64,000 bases of DNA from Saccostrea echinata (taxonomy: Eukaryota), in assembly GCF_033153115.1 (NCBI RefSeq), contig NW_026889774.1, forward strand, positions 23,560,001 to 23,624,000, read 5' to 3'. Of the stretch, positions 24,517 to 35,904 are shown one piece after another; within the stretch, counting starts at the first letter, position 1, and each line of letters begins with the position of its first letter. The notes under the pieces were generated by a model. It had not been told where the DNA came from and did not search any database. It saw only the letters and a program-made list of their open reading frames with translations. The translations under genes and the position numbers were made by a program.

Positions 24517-24734
24517 TACTTATACAGTGTAATTGCAAAGATGATATCCGTAAGAGACAGGAGTGCTAAAACGGTAAATAGGACTTTTTAATATAGAAAA
24601 TTTCCTTTCCTTTCAAACCCTTGTACATCAGAGACACGAGTATTCAATAGGAACACGATCTCCTAACCATTAGTTCCTAGAAAAATATTTTTTTTTTACT
24701 TGAAATGTACTTTAAAAAGTTTTAGGTAGTTTAA

Positions 24735-25083
24735 AGCAATATGAGCTGCAACTTTGATGTCAAAAATTTTTGTTGCGAAATTGTAATTAACTATTTCAAT
24801 GACAGAAAAAGAAGAATGTTTATAAACTTCTGTTGTTCAAATCTGCGATAAAAGAACTATTTATAAGCTTTGATTGAAGCAAAATTACATTATTGTCGTC
24901 CTGTACAATATTGATTTCTTATATAATACTATATATTTGATTGTACAGAATCCTTTATTCTGAAACAATTTAATACTTTATTTCTGTCTAATTGATCAAA
25001 ATGGTTTAAATAACATTCAAATTTATCATAATAACAGATTTTAGCAGCAGAATAAAATTTTCAAAAATGCAGCTCATATTGCT
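24735..25083. mobile_element. TTAA-flanked MITE, Kolobok-like
   Basis: Perfect 16-bp TIR AGCAATATGAGCTGCA with TTAA on both sides; AG..CT termini rather than piggyBac CC..GG. Confidence 0.8.
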
Positions 25084-26320
25084 TTAAAACCGTAAATTTT
25101 GATATTTTTATCAAATTATTAAGTTTTGTTTTCCTAAAAAGTTAGTTAAACTCAAATAATTATTTATTCTAAAGGCTGCATCTTGGGCACGATTTGTCTA
25201 TAAATGCATATTGCAAAAAGGAAAGAAAAATGAAAAAACACACACATCAAATCTCATAGGTTATGAACCACTTCAATGTCCAAGGACACTTCATAGATTT
25301 CTGTTAAAAAAAAGAAAAAAAAGAAAAACAAACAAACAAACAAACAAAAAAACGAAATCGAAGTATTCAGAGGAAGGAGAGAAATCGATTAATGTATCAA
25401 ACTTAATATCCAGTAATGGAGAGACTCTTCAAAAAGCGTCAAGAAAAAAAAACTGAGGATTATTGCGAGAAAATGTCTCTAAAATTGATGAATAATGTTT
25501 TTGCATGCGGTCCTTGTAATACGTTTCGTTGAAAACTAGAAATTAAGTATACCTGTATCAGGAAGATCAATTATGGCATAAATATATGTATTTTGTAAAA
25601 ATACTAAAAAATAAAAATAATAATAAATGAATAAATAAAAATTAATGGTCCAGTATCCATAATAATGACTATAATTGATTTAGTTTTTGTATAAGGTTCA
25701 CTTATTAGAATATGATTGATAATTAGTGTTGGAAAAACTCCTCTTTCATGTATATTTCAAAAGAATGATAGCTTTTGATGCTTACAATATTAAGACACCC
25801 ACATATCTCATTAAATAAAATTATTCGAAACCGGATTATATTAAAGGATATGGATATTAATGTTAAATATTCGTTTAATCTCCTACATGTATATACCCGA
25901 GAACATCGAAGTTACCACGAGAGATTTCAGTTACTACTGTGGAAGGCACACCCTTGCCATATATAATCCTTCAAACTACAAAAGAAGCTGCATTTTCTGC
26001 AGTATAATAACAAAAATCGGAGAGAAACACCGGCACAAATAGCCCTAGATGTAGATTATTCAAAGCGTGTTATGGAGCTCTTCTAATATGGATAATCTAT
26101 ACAGTGATGTGCATGCTTCATTCTGCCGAATCCAATGTAGCCATCTGTGACAATTGCCTAAGGATGCATATCTAAATTGTACGATATTGTTATAATTTGG
26201 ACAGCGATTGTCCACAGCATAATCATGGATTAGAAATCCGTAACTTTGTTCTATAGACATTGGCGGAGAATCGAATATGTACATGAAACACATGGTAATG
26301 AAATAATTATTACAGTACAC

Positions 26321-26520
26321 CTATAAACACCGTAGCAGTTAAACTATTCATGCAAGTCACTGAAGGTTCCTAAAGACATTAACCTCGTCGTCGATACTGT
26401 CACCTGCAGACTGTTACACAGTTTATTGCCTGTGTGCAGTGAGTTGCTTGTATCGTTTTCTGGAATAATATATACAAATATTGTGATAAATTACCTACTG
26501 TTGTTGTCATTCATTTACAG
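26321..26520 (+). promoter_or_regulatory. Candidate TATA promoter and 82-nt 5' UTR intron of GPCR copy 1
   Basis: TATAAA at 26322, donor GTGAGT at 26439, acceptor TCATTTACAG ending at 26520; motif evidence only. Confidence 0.35.
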
Positions 26521-26775
26521 CTTTGTTGATCAGTTTAGTATAAAGTACAAGCAATGATACACAATTGTAAGCACTAAACTAAATTACAAACCACGAGGGA
26601 CGGAACTTATGGTTACAATAGTACGTGTAAATCAACACAAGGATGTACATGCATGCTTCATAAGAAGTCGGAATAAGCAGGATTTCTTAATTACAAGTGA
26701 TATTTTTCTTTCTAACAAATCCACATGAATGGATTAAATATGGATGAAAGGACACAGATTTTTCAACTATAAGGA

Positions 26776-27882
26776 ATGGACAACGTTACGGAGACAGCGG
26801 CACTTCCAGAAGGGGTCTCTGGCTATCGGCTATACCATGGTTATGTCAGCCTTGTGGTCTGCTCATTGGGAATAGGTCTGAATATCCTTAACGCCTTCAT
26901 ATGGTCCAGAAAATGTATGAGATCATCCACCAACCTCATTCTGACAATGTTAGCCATTACAGACTGCCTGTGCCTCTTTTTTTATTTGATTTACTCCTCC
27001 TATCTCTTCATTGCCACGGGACCTAGTCAGCTATTGTATCACCCAAAAGTATGGATGTTCGTTGTGGTGATAACTTTCCATGAATTCATTGCATTTCATA
27101 CCACATCTAACTGGCTTACCATTTCTCTTGCAATATTTCGTTATATCAAAGTGTGCCATCCAAATGCCGCAAAAGTATGGTGTAATAAGAGAAGAGCAAA
27201 GTTGACTGTCGTTATTGTGTTTGTAACAACAGCAATGGCCACCATTCCATTTTATTTTTACTATGAAGTGTACAATGTTTCCGAGGACTATCCCACTCTC
27301 ACAGGCTATTGGATAAGGAAAACAAACTTTGCCAGAAACAACATTGACTACCAAACAATATTGTTGTGGTTGTATGGTGTTATATTTAAGGTTTGTCCTT
27401 CAATTGCAATGATAATCCTCAGCGCTCTGATGATAAGGAAACTACATAAAGCCCAGAAGAGACAGAGGGTATTCACCGTTGGTCGCGAGAGTCACGTGAG
27501 CAACCATCGAGGGTACTGTCGCACTACAGTAATGCTCATTGTTATTTTAATGATCTATGTTCTTATGGAACTACCAATTGGGATTTCAGCATTCACTTCC
27601 GGTTTACAAGGAGGAGAGAGTCATTTTTTTTACTTTCTTTTGTATTCGGAAGTCGGGGACATTCTTGACATGTTGACATTACTGAATGCTTCTGTTAACT
27701 TTGCCGTGTATTTTGCTTTGAGTCATCAATTTAGAACCGTGCTCAAGGGAATAGTTCTTCGAAAATCAGTCTCAGAAGTGCATTTTGGATCCGATTCGAC
27801 AGAAATGTCCGGATCAAGGACTGCCTCGGTGTATACAGTTCCAGTGATATGGAAATCTATCAAGCAGAAGCTTCATCTTTAG
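26776..27882 (+). CDS. Class A GPCR, myosuppressin receptor/DMSR-1 (Srw, FMRFamide-receptor-like) type; copy 1, 368 aa
   Basis: Single-exon ORF with 7 hydrophobic segments; HGYVS, LAITD (TM2), HTTSNWLTISLAIFRY (TM3), LYGVIFKVCPS (TM5), MELP (TM6), NASVNFAVY (TM7); N-terminal sequon NVT. Confidence 0.9.
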   Translation: MDNVTETAALPEGVSGYRLYHGYVSLVVCSLGIGLNILNAFIWSRKCMRSSTNLILTMLAITDCLCLFFYLIYSSYLFIATGPSQLLYHPKVWMFVVVITFHEFIAFHTTSNWLTISLAIFRYIKVCHPNAAKVWCNKRRAKLTVVIVFVTTAMATIPFYFYYEVYNVSEDYPTLTGYWIRKTNFARNNIDYQTILLWLYGVIFKVCPSIAMIILSALMIRKLHKAQKRQRVFTVGRESHVSNHRGYCRTTVMLIVILMIYVLMELPIGISAFTSGLQGGESHFFYFLLYSEVGDILDMLTLLNASVNFAVYFALSHQFRTVLKGIVLRKSVSEVHFGSDSTEMSGSRTASVYTVPVIWKSIKQKLHL

Positions 27883-28757
27883 TATCTCATATGGCTTTAA
27901 TTAATATTAATATATTTATTGCAGATTTGTTTTTTTTTTTCATTTTGTTTGTAGGTTTTGATCTCGAAGAGAGATATTCTAAAATGAAAAAGGTGAAGAT
28001 AACGAACAGTGATAATAAGCAAAACTTGCTCATTTGTTCGACTTTTTGCTTATTGTTTTCTTTTTTGTTTGCTTTGTTTTGTTTCTTCGTATTCTGTTTT
28101 TTCCTTGATTTTTTTTGTTCGTTTATTTGTTTCTTTTTTTTCTTTTTCTTGTTTTCTTGTTTGCTTATTTTGTTTTTTGTAATTTTTTCCTTTTGTTTGC
28201 AAGTTTTGATCTCGAAAAAAAGGTGTATTCTATAAATTTGAAATTATTTTAACATCAAGCTCCTTTTGTTCATGGCTAAAACAAAAAAAAAAGATACATC
28301 CTCTAAAAGGGAGGAATATATTGTTTTTGGTTTTTGTTTTGTCGTGGTTGTCTGTCACAAGATTTGGTTCGAGACAACGGGCCATCATATGAATGGATTC
28401 AAACTTAACGAAAATAATGAAGTCTGCAAATTATTTAAGCAGCAATTATTCCGGAGATAATTGGAGAAGGAGGAGGAGAAAAAATAAAGTTAACATTACT
28501 TTAGTATTTTAAAGCAGAAATCTTCGGAGATGATACATATATGTCTTGTCTTGTCTTTGAATGCTGTCTCTGTGCCTGTCTACCCTTTAAGCCACAGATT
28601 TATCCTTGCTTTGATTTAACGTTTTTGACTTGTACGAATTAAATACTCAAATATGTTGGTTCTAAAGACCTAAATGAATGTCGTTTGTAGGTATGTAATA
28701 TTCTTCACAAAAGATCGTCTTTCCGTGTACATGTATGTTGTCAAAATGTAATGAGAA

Positions 28758-28963
28758 ACTGTATACAGGGTTATTTTCGCCCCGTGTTATTTCGCACTTG
28801 CAAACAATTTTGCCCCATTTTAATTTCGCCCCAGTCACAGTTCTATTTATGAAATTATACTGTGTTCTTTGAATTCGCCACGTTTTAAATTCGCCCGCGC
28901 ATCCGTGAGTAGGGCGAAAGAGGCGAAAATAAAACGGGGGCGAAAATTTCCCTGTATACAGTA
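28758..28963. mobile_element. TA-flanked MITE (Tc1/mariner-like)
   Basis: TIR ACTGTATACAGGG...CCCTGTATACAGT; internal TTCGCCC repeats. Confidence 0.75.
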
Positions 28964-29514
28964 TGTTTAATATAGATATGTAAATGCAACTTTCACAAAA
29001 TTTGTTCGAGCTATAACCATTAAATCATTAAAGCCAATGATGTGTCATTTTCTAACCAAAGGTCATATCTCGAAGTGCTAGATAAGGGAAAGAAAATTCT
29101 GCATTTGAGCTCCTTTCTATGTATCTTAAGCGTAATGAAGCATGTTTACACATAAACCCAGGGATGAGGCCGTAAAAAGAATTCAGAGCTTTACTAAGGA
29201 ACGTCTGGGAAAATTGTGTTGAAAATCTCTGAAGATTAGTATAAAATGTCAGTTTGTTTAATTTTGATAAATAAGTATCCCAGAGTAGTGTACATTCAAA
29301 ATAAAAATCTTGAAACAACAATTTTGTCCATTTTTTTCTTTACACAGGTTATCTGTGTAAACATTTTCTTAGATTTTTTTTCGAACTGAGAAGCTACATT
29401 TTCTGAAATTCACATATAAACATCCCTTTTGGATGAAGAGATAAATTAGTCAAATCGTTGGGCCCGAGACAAGATGGAGCAAGAAAAGGTTTATCTCTGA
29501 AAACCACCAACATC

Positions 29515-29550
<36 letters not shown>

Positions 29551-30126
29551 GATAGGCAGGGACTTGGTCAGCTGTTGTCGTCAAAACTTTCTATGAATGT
29601 TTTACCCTGACACATCAAATTGCATGTAACAATATTTTGGCGTAAAACTTTAAGAACTGCATGCGGCCCATTTTTATTTGCATTATTATAGTGAACAGTT
29701 TGTTGTTAATTGCTATGCATTCATCACTACTGAGAAAGATTCATTTTCCTCCATGTGCTGATTTATTACTGCATAAACTCTTCTAAAATTTACTTTGTTT
29801 TCAATTCGATTTCTCTTTATGACGTTTAATGTATTTTCTGTGTATATTGATAGAAATAATCAGATAAAATTGTCAAAACCTGTATTATAACTGTTATAAA
29901 TGTCGCTCTTGATTCTCTCTCGGTAATTTACACAAATAGTTCCTGTCCGAATGCCCATTTAAGCCTAACGTACGTTGAATTTAATCATCGATAAAGCACA
30001 GAATCATTTAGATGTAATCGTTAATGATTAAAAGCAAATTGTTTTATTGAAAGCTTTTGCAATAGCCTTTCATTGCAAGTTAAGAGCATCCATTTGATTT
30101 CATATCCGCATTTGCATACTATAACG

Positions 30127-30216
30127 CATCTTTGCTAACCAAGGGTTTCTTATCCGCTACTCAGAAACGGTTTGTGAGGTGAGTATCGGATCAGAAACCC
30201 TTGGCTAGCGAAGATG
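30127..30216. mobile_element. 90-bp fold-back MITE, Mutator-like
   Basis: ~30-bp TIRs and perfect 9-bp TSD ACTATAACG; diverged relative at 43433-43502. Confidence 0.8.
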
Positions 30217-30277
30217 ACTATAACGACACATCAATGATTTGAAAATAATTTGAATGCATAGATTTTTCAACGAATCA

Positions 30278-30514
30278 CAGGCCCGTAGGAAGAAATTTCA
30301 CTTTGAGGGGGCACAACCATACATTTTCAGTTGAAGGGGCACAATCAACTACCAAAATTCCCTGACAAGCCAAAAAAAAGGTCATCAGACGTGATTATTG
30401 AGGGGGCACAAGCATATAGCAGCTATGTTTTCTATAGTATTCTATATATCGGCAAAATTATTGGGGGGGGGGGGGCACGGCCCCCATGCCCCCCCCCCGG
30501 TTCCTACGGCCATG
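30278..30514. mobile_element. Short TIR element (CAGGCCCGTAGGAA...TTCCTACGGCCATG)
   Basis: Inverted termini and G/C runs; related copy at ~10942-11214. Confidence 0.55.
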
Positions 30515-30677
30515 AATCAGGTGCGGACACAGGAATTTTTTTTCGGAGGGGGGGGGGGTTACTTCAACTCTAACAAATGTCAGACTCGGAAATTTTTTGA
30601 CAAGCAAAATAAAAACAAACTGACCAAAAAAAACCAAACAAACAAAAACAACTTGCCCAATCTGAAAAACCTATTTC

Positions 30678-31530
30678 GTACAAATGGACAAGTATACAAA
30701 ACAAAAGGAATATTATATAATACATATGAGAAAATATACAAATCAAATGGAAAATTATACAATACAAATTGAAAATATACAATACAAATAAAAAATATAC
30801 AATACAAATGGAAAATTATGCAATACAAATGGAAAATTATAGAATACAAATTAAAATTATACAAAACAATTTTAAAAAATATACAATTCAAATGGAAAAT
30901 TATACAATACAAATAAAATAATATACAATACAAATAAAAAAAATATGCAATACAAATGAAGAATTATAGAATACAAATGGAAAATTACAATACAAATAAA
31001 AAATATACTATACAAATTAAAAATATGCAATACAAATGGAATATTATGCAATACAAATTGAAAATTATGCAATAAAAATGGAAAAGTATACAATACAAAT
31101 GAAATATTATATAATACAAATTTTAAAAAAAAATATACAATACAAATGGAGAATTATAGAATATAAATGGAAAATTCAAGAATACCAATAAAAAATTTAC
31201 AATAAAAATAAAAAATTATACAATACAAATAAAAAATATACTATACAAATTAAAAATATGCAATACAAATGGAAAATTATGCAATACAAATTGAAAATTA
31301 TGCAATAAAAATGGAAAAGTATACAATACAAATGAAATATTATACAATACAAATTAAAAAAAATATACAATACAAATGGAGAATTATAGAATATAAATGG
31401 AAAATTCAAGAATACCAATAAAAAATTTACAATAAAAATGAAAAATTTTAGAATACAAATAAAAATTTTACGATGCATATGAAAAATTATAGATTACAAA
31501 AGGAAAATTATACAGTACAAATGGAAAAGA
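30678..31530. repeat. ~21-bp A-rich minisatellite (AATACAAATGGAAAATTATAC)n
   Basis: Direct tandem units; source of the spurious Y/C/I/F-rich ORFs in the ORF track. Confidence 0.9.
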
Positions 31531-32896
31531 TCGAATATTGCAACATTTGACATGCCATAAAATGGTACACTCTGGCTATTTATATATTTTTTGCATATAA
31601 TATTTATACTTTAAAGCTCGCCTTTTAAGACTGGTCTTACTTACGTACAAAGGTCGTTCAATAAATAATACAACATACGGTTTATCAAACTAAATATAAG
31701 AACAGTTGAATTTATCTTATCACATTCTAAGATTATACACCTGCGCAGCCAAGGGAAATAGTTCCCATCGAGGGGGACAATAAACTTGCTATTGTTCGAA
31801 TATTCAGTAAATAGGTGATTTATTATATCGAAGAAGACTTTACTTGTGTAACGTCACGATCTGGATAAAACTAGAAGAGTTCCGAGATGAAACGCGAGGG
31901 AAATGGAATGCTGCTGGTGAATAGTTCTATGACTATTTCACCATGGCCAAACAGCACAAAAACTATTCCAGCGTGGGGGCTGTGGGTATGATCATTGTAA
32001 ATGTTATTGTTTTTGGATTTTATATCCATTAAAAGCGCATATCAGTCAAATCATATATATTCCAATGCATTTCTTGCGCAGATATTTGACACTAAATTGA
32101 TACATAGCGTGATTCATAAAGTGTTATATGGGAGTGTTCGATATGTCATCTCGATAAGACACGACAAATAACTGTTCGAACGCCTTTGTGAACTTTGAAC
32201 GCATACATGTACGATTTTTAAGCTCAGTGTTGACAGTATTAAGGCCTAATTTACCGAAGAATTTAATGTCATTAACTATAATAATTGAAACGAATTGCTT
32301 GAAAGCCTTTGCATGAACCCATATATCAATCATTTAGAACGCTTCATTTGCCATTTGTTTCTCATTTCTCATGTTTAACAGTTCTTCAATAATTTGATTT
32401 TCTAGAAGCTTTTTAAGGATGACTTTCAAGTAGGTGTATTTTGGGTAATTATTCTTTTTTAATTACCTTCAATTAATAAATAAATTGCGTTTAAAGTGGA
32501 AATTACCCTTTTTAATTCCCCTTTTTTCCTTTATGAATCTTGCATAACAGAAACCGCTTCGTCATTCCCAGCTGATGAGAGCTGGCTTGTCGCAGGACCT
32601 TTATGGATTTTATTTCTTAGGAATATGAAGTGAAAAGAATTTGGATCACCAAGCTATATAATAACAAATAATGGGATTTGTTGTGCTAGATGGCAAAATG
32701 ATATCATCAGTTTTAGAAATTGAATCAAAGACGTTGAAATCAATACAACAGATGTATTTAGTAATCAGATGTACGAGATTCAGATAAGCACACACCCACC
32801 CACACAGATAGAGAAAGAGAGTCTCTGAAGAGACTGTAGCTCTAGTGGTTTGTATTTTTAACAAAAGAAGGGAAAAGTATTCATTGGATTTGAAAT

Positions 32897-33140
32897 GAAA
32901 TATATGGAGATAACAAACAGTATTCAAGCTCAAAAGTCTATTAAACAATACAAATTTTGGAGCAACGCAAACACGGACCTCTAAAACATCAGAGGTGGGA
33001 TCAGGTGTCATGGAGGAGTGAACATTCCCTGCCGACCAGTCACACCCGCAGTGTGCTCATTGTCATGATCGGGAAATAACGCAAAATCCGTTGACAATTC
33101 AGTGTGTAAATAATGGCCTAACAATTAGTATTAAAAACGC
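32897..33140 (-). mobile_element. 3' end fragment of a Penelope-like retroelement
   Basis: Homologous to ~50017-50245, the tail downstream of the RT relic. Confidence 0.7.
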
Positions 33141-34330
33141 AATTAAAACAAACTTAGTTTGACCTTTCCATTTGGGTATGTTTTTTACTGTGTATAGGGT
33201 CTCCCATAATTTTTTTAATGAATATGTTTTTAAATTATCGAGTTGTAAAAAACACTAAAAAAAGATAATTGGGCCATCTTTAAAAAATTGTATATTTGCC
33301 TTCTCCCGACCGACTGGCTAAAAATGGCCCCACTCAAAACTTTTCTTAAACATCCAGGAAAGATTATTATTATTATTATTATTCATTCCGAAATTTTCTC
33401 AGTTCGTCAACAACTATTTTAATTTTTTTATCCGATTTTGAAAATTCAGCATTGATGTTTTTCTGGGGGAAATGAATTTCCCCACCTACCTACCGACCCA
33501 ATTTTTTTTGTCCTAAGTTGGGAGAGGGCAAACAAACAATATTATAATGGCCTTATCAAATCATAAAACATGGAATTTTTTCCTCACATTGTTTACACAC
33601 TTTTAAAGGTTTAATAACTTTTTCACTTTCCCCTCGGCTGCATTACGCAACATACTATATAGCAAACAATATAACACTAGTAATGTGTATTTGAATAAAT
33701 GCAAAAAAAAATACTTTTCAGATTGCATTAGTTTGTTTGTTTGTTTTTTTTTATTCATTTTACTTAATTATAGTGAAGTCTACCTCGGTCTCTCATGTTT
33801 TCAAATGCAGTATTTGAGTACACGACATACCGGTAGGTGTCGAAATACAAAGTGTATGGGAAAAGTTATCCACATAACATCGATTTACATTGGATACGGG
33901 GGAACACATTTAACTAACATCTTAAATATCTCTTACTTAAAAAAAACTTGAAGTTCATTCAGTATAAATACCGTGGGTTTTAATAAGTACATGTAACAGT
34001 GAGTCTTGCCATTTTTTTGGTTTGTTTTTTGTTTATAAATATATTTCTTAGAAAGGAAAAAACCGGTGTCTTATACTATATATATAAAAAAAATCTCATC
34101 TAAAACTGAATAAAATGAGTTTTCCACGCACTGCAGTTACATAGGCCTTTGTTTGAGACAAGTGAACATTTGAACTGGGATGACAGTGGTTTTTATAGCA
34201 TAAAAAATGAAAAGAAAACACACAGATGAGCGGAAATGATGCAAACTCGGAACTGAGCTGCTTTCCGCACTGCTTCCTTTATTGTCCTAGTCACTTGTTT
34301 ATAACTTAGATTTAAAAAGTGATTCGGACA

Positions 34331-35488
34331 ATGGTCAATATTACAGAAGAAATTACCAGTGCCAATGACCACTCCACTCCACAGGTCAGTGGATATAGGT
34401 TGATCCACGGTTATGTCAGTGGGACACTCTGTTTCATTGGAGTCGTATTCAACATCTTCAATGTCATCGTGTGGTCCAGAAAAAACATGCGGACTTCCAC
34501 AAACCTCCTACTGACGACCCTCTCAGTTGCGGATGGTGTTTCCGTTTTCATGTACCTTTTGTACGTTACATATTACTTTACTGCAACTGGACCTAGTGAT
34601 TTAATCTTCCATTCCAAATCCGGAATGTATTTAGTAGTCATCTGCTTTCATGAATTCATTGCCTTTCATACCTTCTCTAACTGGATTACGATATCCCTGG
34701 CTATATTTCGTTATATCAAGGTGTGTCATCCGAACTTGGGAAAGAAACTTTGTACCAAGAAGAGAGCACGCTTAACAATCTGTATCGTGTTCATTGCAAC
34801 AAACTTAGCCACAATTCCCTTCTATTTATACTATGAAGTACACGACCTAATGGAGGGCAACAGAAATTTGACCGGATTTTGGATTCGGAAAACGACTTTC
34901 GCCGTGACCCATGTCCAATATCAGACGATTTTGGCATGGTTATATGGGGTTATTTTCAAAGTCATACCCAGTATTGCCGTGTCTGTTCTTTGTGTGTTGA
35001 TAGGCAAAGAACTACGTAGAGCAGATAAACAGAGAGTCAATAAACGAATGTCAAGCGGGTACATTAGAACAACTGTAATGTTGATGATAATTGTCTTCAT
35101 TTACGTGTTAACAGAGCTTCCGATTGGAATTGTCTCATTTATATCGGGATTGAAACACTCCGAAAGTCATTTCTTTTACTTCCTTTTGTATTCTTATGTG
35201 GGAGATTTACTAGATACTCTTACGGTTATCAATGGTACTGTTAACTTTATAGTGTATGTCATACTCTGTAAACAATACCGAACTGAATTCAAGAGAACCA
35301 TTTTGGGAAGATTTGTCAAGCGATATACATTAAAAAAAGATACGGGAGTTGGTCTCACCGAAGTTACTAACGATATGGAACTTTCCAAATATTCTCCGAG
35401 TGTTCTCTCCTCTGATCAAATTTCCAAGGATAAGCTAAACAGTGTGGAAATGATAGAGACCGAACATTCTAAAGTATATGATTATTAA
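34331..35488 (+). CDS. Class A GPCR, myosuppressin receptor/DMSR-1 type; copy 2
   Basis: Paralog of copy 1 with the same motifs. First ATG at 34331 (MVNITEE); the ORF track begins at an upstream non-ATG codon. Confidence 0.9.
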   Translation: MVNITEEITSANDHSTPQVSGYRLIHGYVSGTLCFIGVVFNIFNVIVWSRKNMRTSTNLLLTTLSVADGVSVFMYLLYVTYYFTATGPSDLIFHSKSGMYLVVICFHEFIAFHTFSNWITISLAIFRYIKVCHPNLGKKLCTKKRARLTICIVFIATNLATIPFYLYYEVHDLMEGNRNLTGFWIRKTTFAVTHVQYQTILAWLYGVIFKVIPSIAVSVLCVLIGKELRRADKQRVNKRMSSGYIRTTVMLMIIVFIYVLTELPIGIVSFISGLKHSESHFFYFLLYSYVGDLLDTLTVINGTVNFIVYVILCKQYRTEFKRTILGRFVKRYTLKKDTGVGLTEVTNDMELSKYSPSVLSSDQISKDKLNSVEMIETEHSKVYDY

Positions 35489-35904
35489 ATCAAGACATGA
35501 AAATACTTTTTTGATTTTCTACCACTGTTTTCCACTGTGTACGTATAAAAGTAACTAAATATTCTCAATCAGTGACATGGTCCAGTGAATGTTGTGACTG
35601 AAATTAACATCTTTCCAGATCACTGATTCTCATCGAGAGTGTCCTATACAAAATTCAAAGTACAGAAATTTAAATATTCAGTAATCTGCTACAAGCCAGC
35701 AAGTTGAAAAGTTATTTGTACAACAATTTTCACAGTTTAATGAACGGAGAAAAGTCAAAAGACAATTTTATATAATTTTCTGTTATAATGACTTTGACAT
35801 TTATTGCGAAGAATTACCATGTTTTATAGACCAAATCAAAATGCAATAAAATTACTTCCAAAGCAGCTCTCTCTCTCTCTCTCTCTCTCTCTCATGCATT
35901 TGTG

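Larger units (their letters stand above)
21000..25770 (+). repeat. Old diverged non-coding tandem duplication (copy 1 ~21000-22480, copy 2 ~22790-25770)
   Basis: Collinear shared blocks, e.g. GATAATTATCAGATGATGGGGTAAAT at ~21451 and ~24262, and ACTGAGGATTATTGCGAGAAAATGTCTCTAAAATTG at ~22235 and ~25452. Confidence 0.8.

Noticed and set aside
27849-28235. 128-aa Phe-rich ORF
   Set aside because: T-rich low-complexity sequence downstream of GPCR copy 1.
30570-31478. Hydrophobic Y/C/I/F-rich ORFs
   Set aside because: Translation of the 21-bp minisatellite.
32548-32600. Hammerhead-like GAAAC...GTC...CTGATGA
   Set aside because: Stems I and II cannot be formed; the CTGATGA at ~60067 also lacks a properly placed CGAAA.
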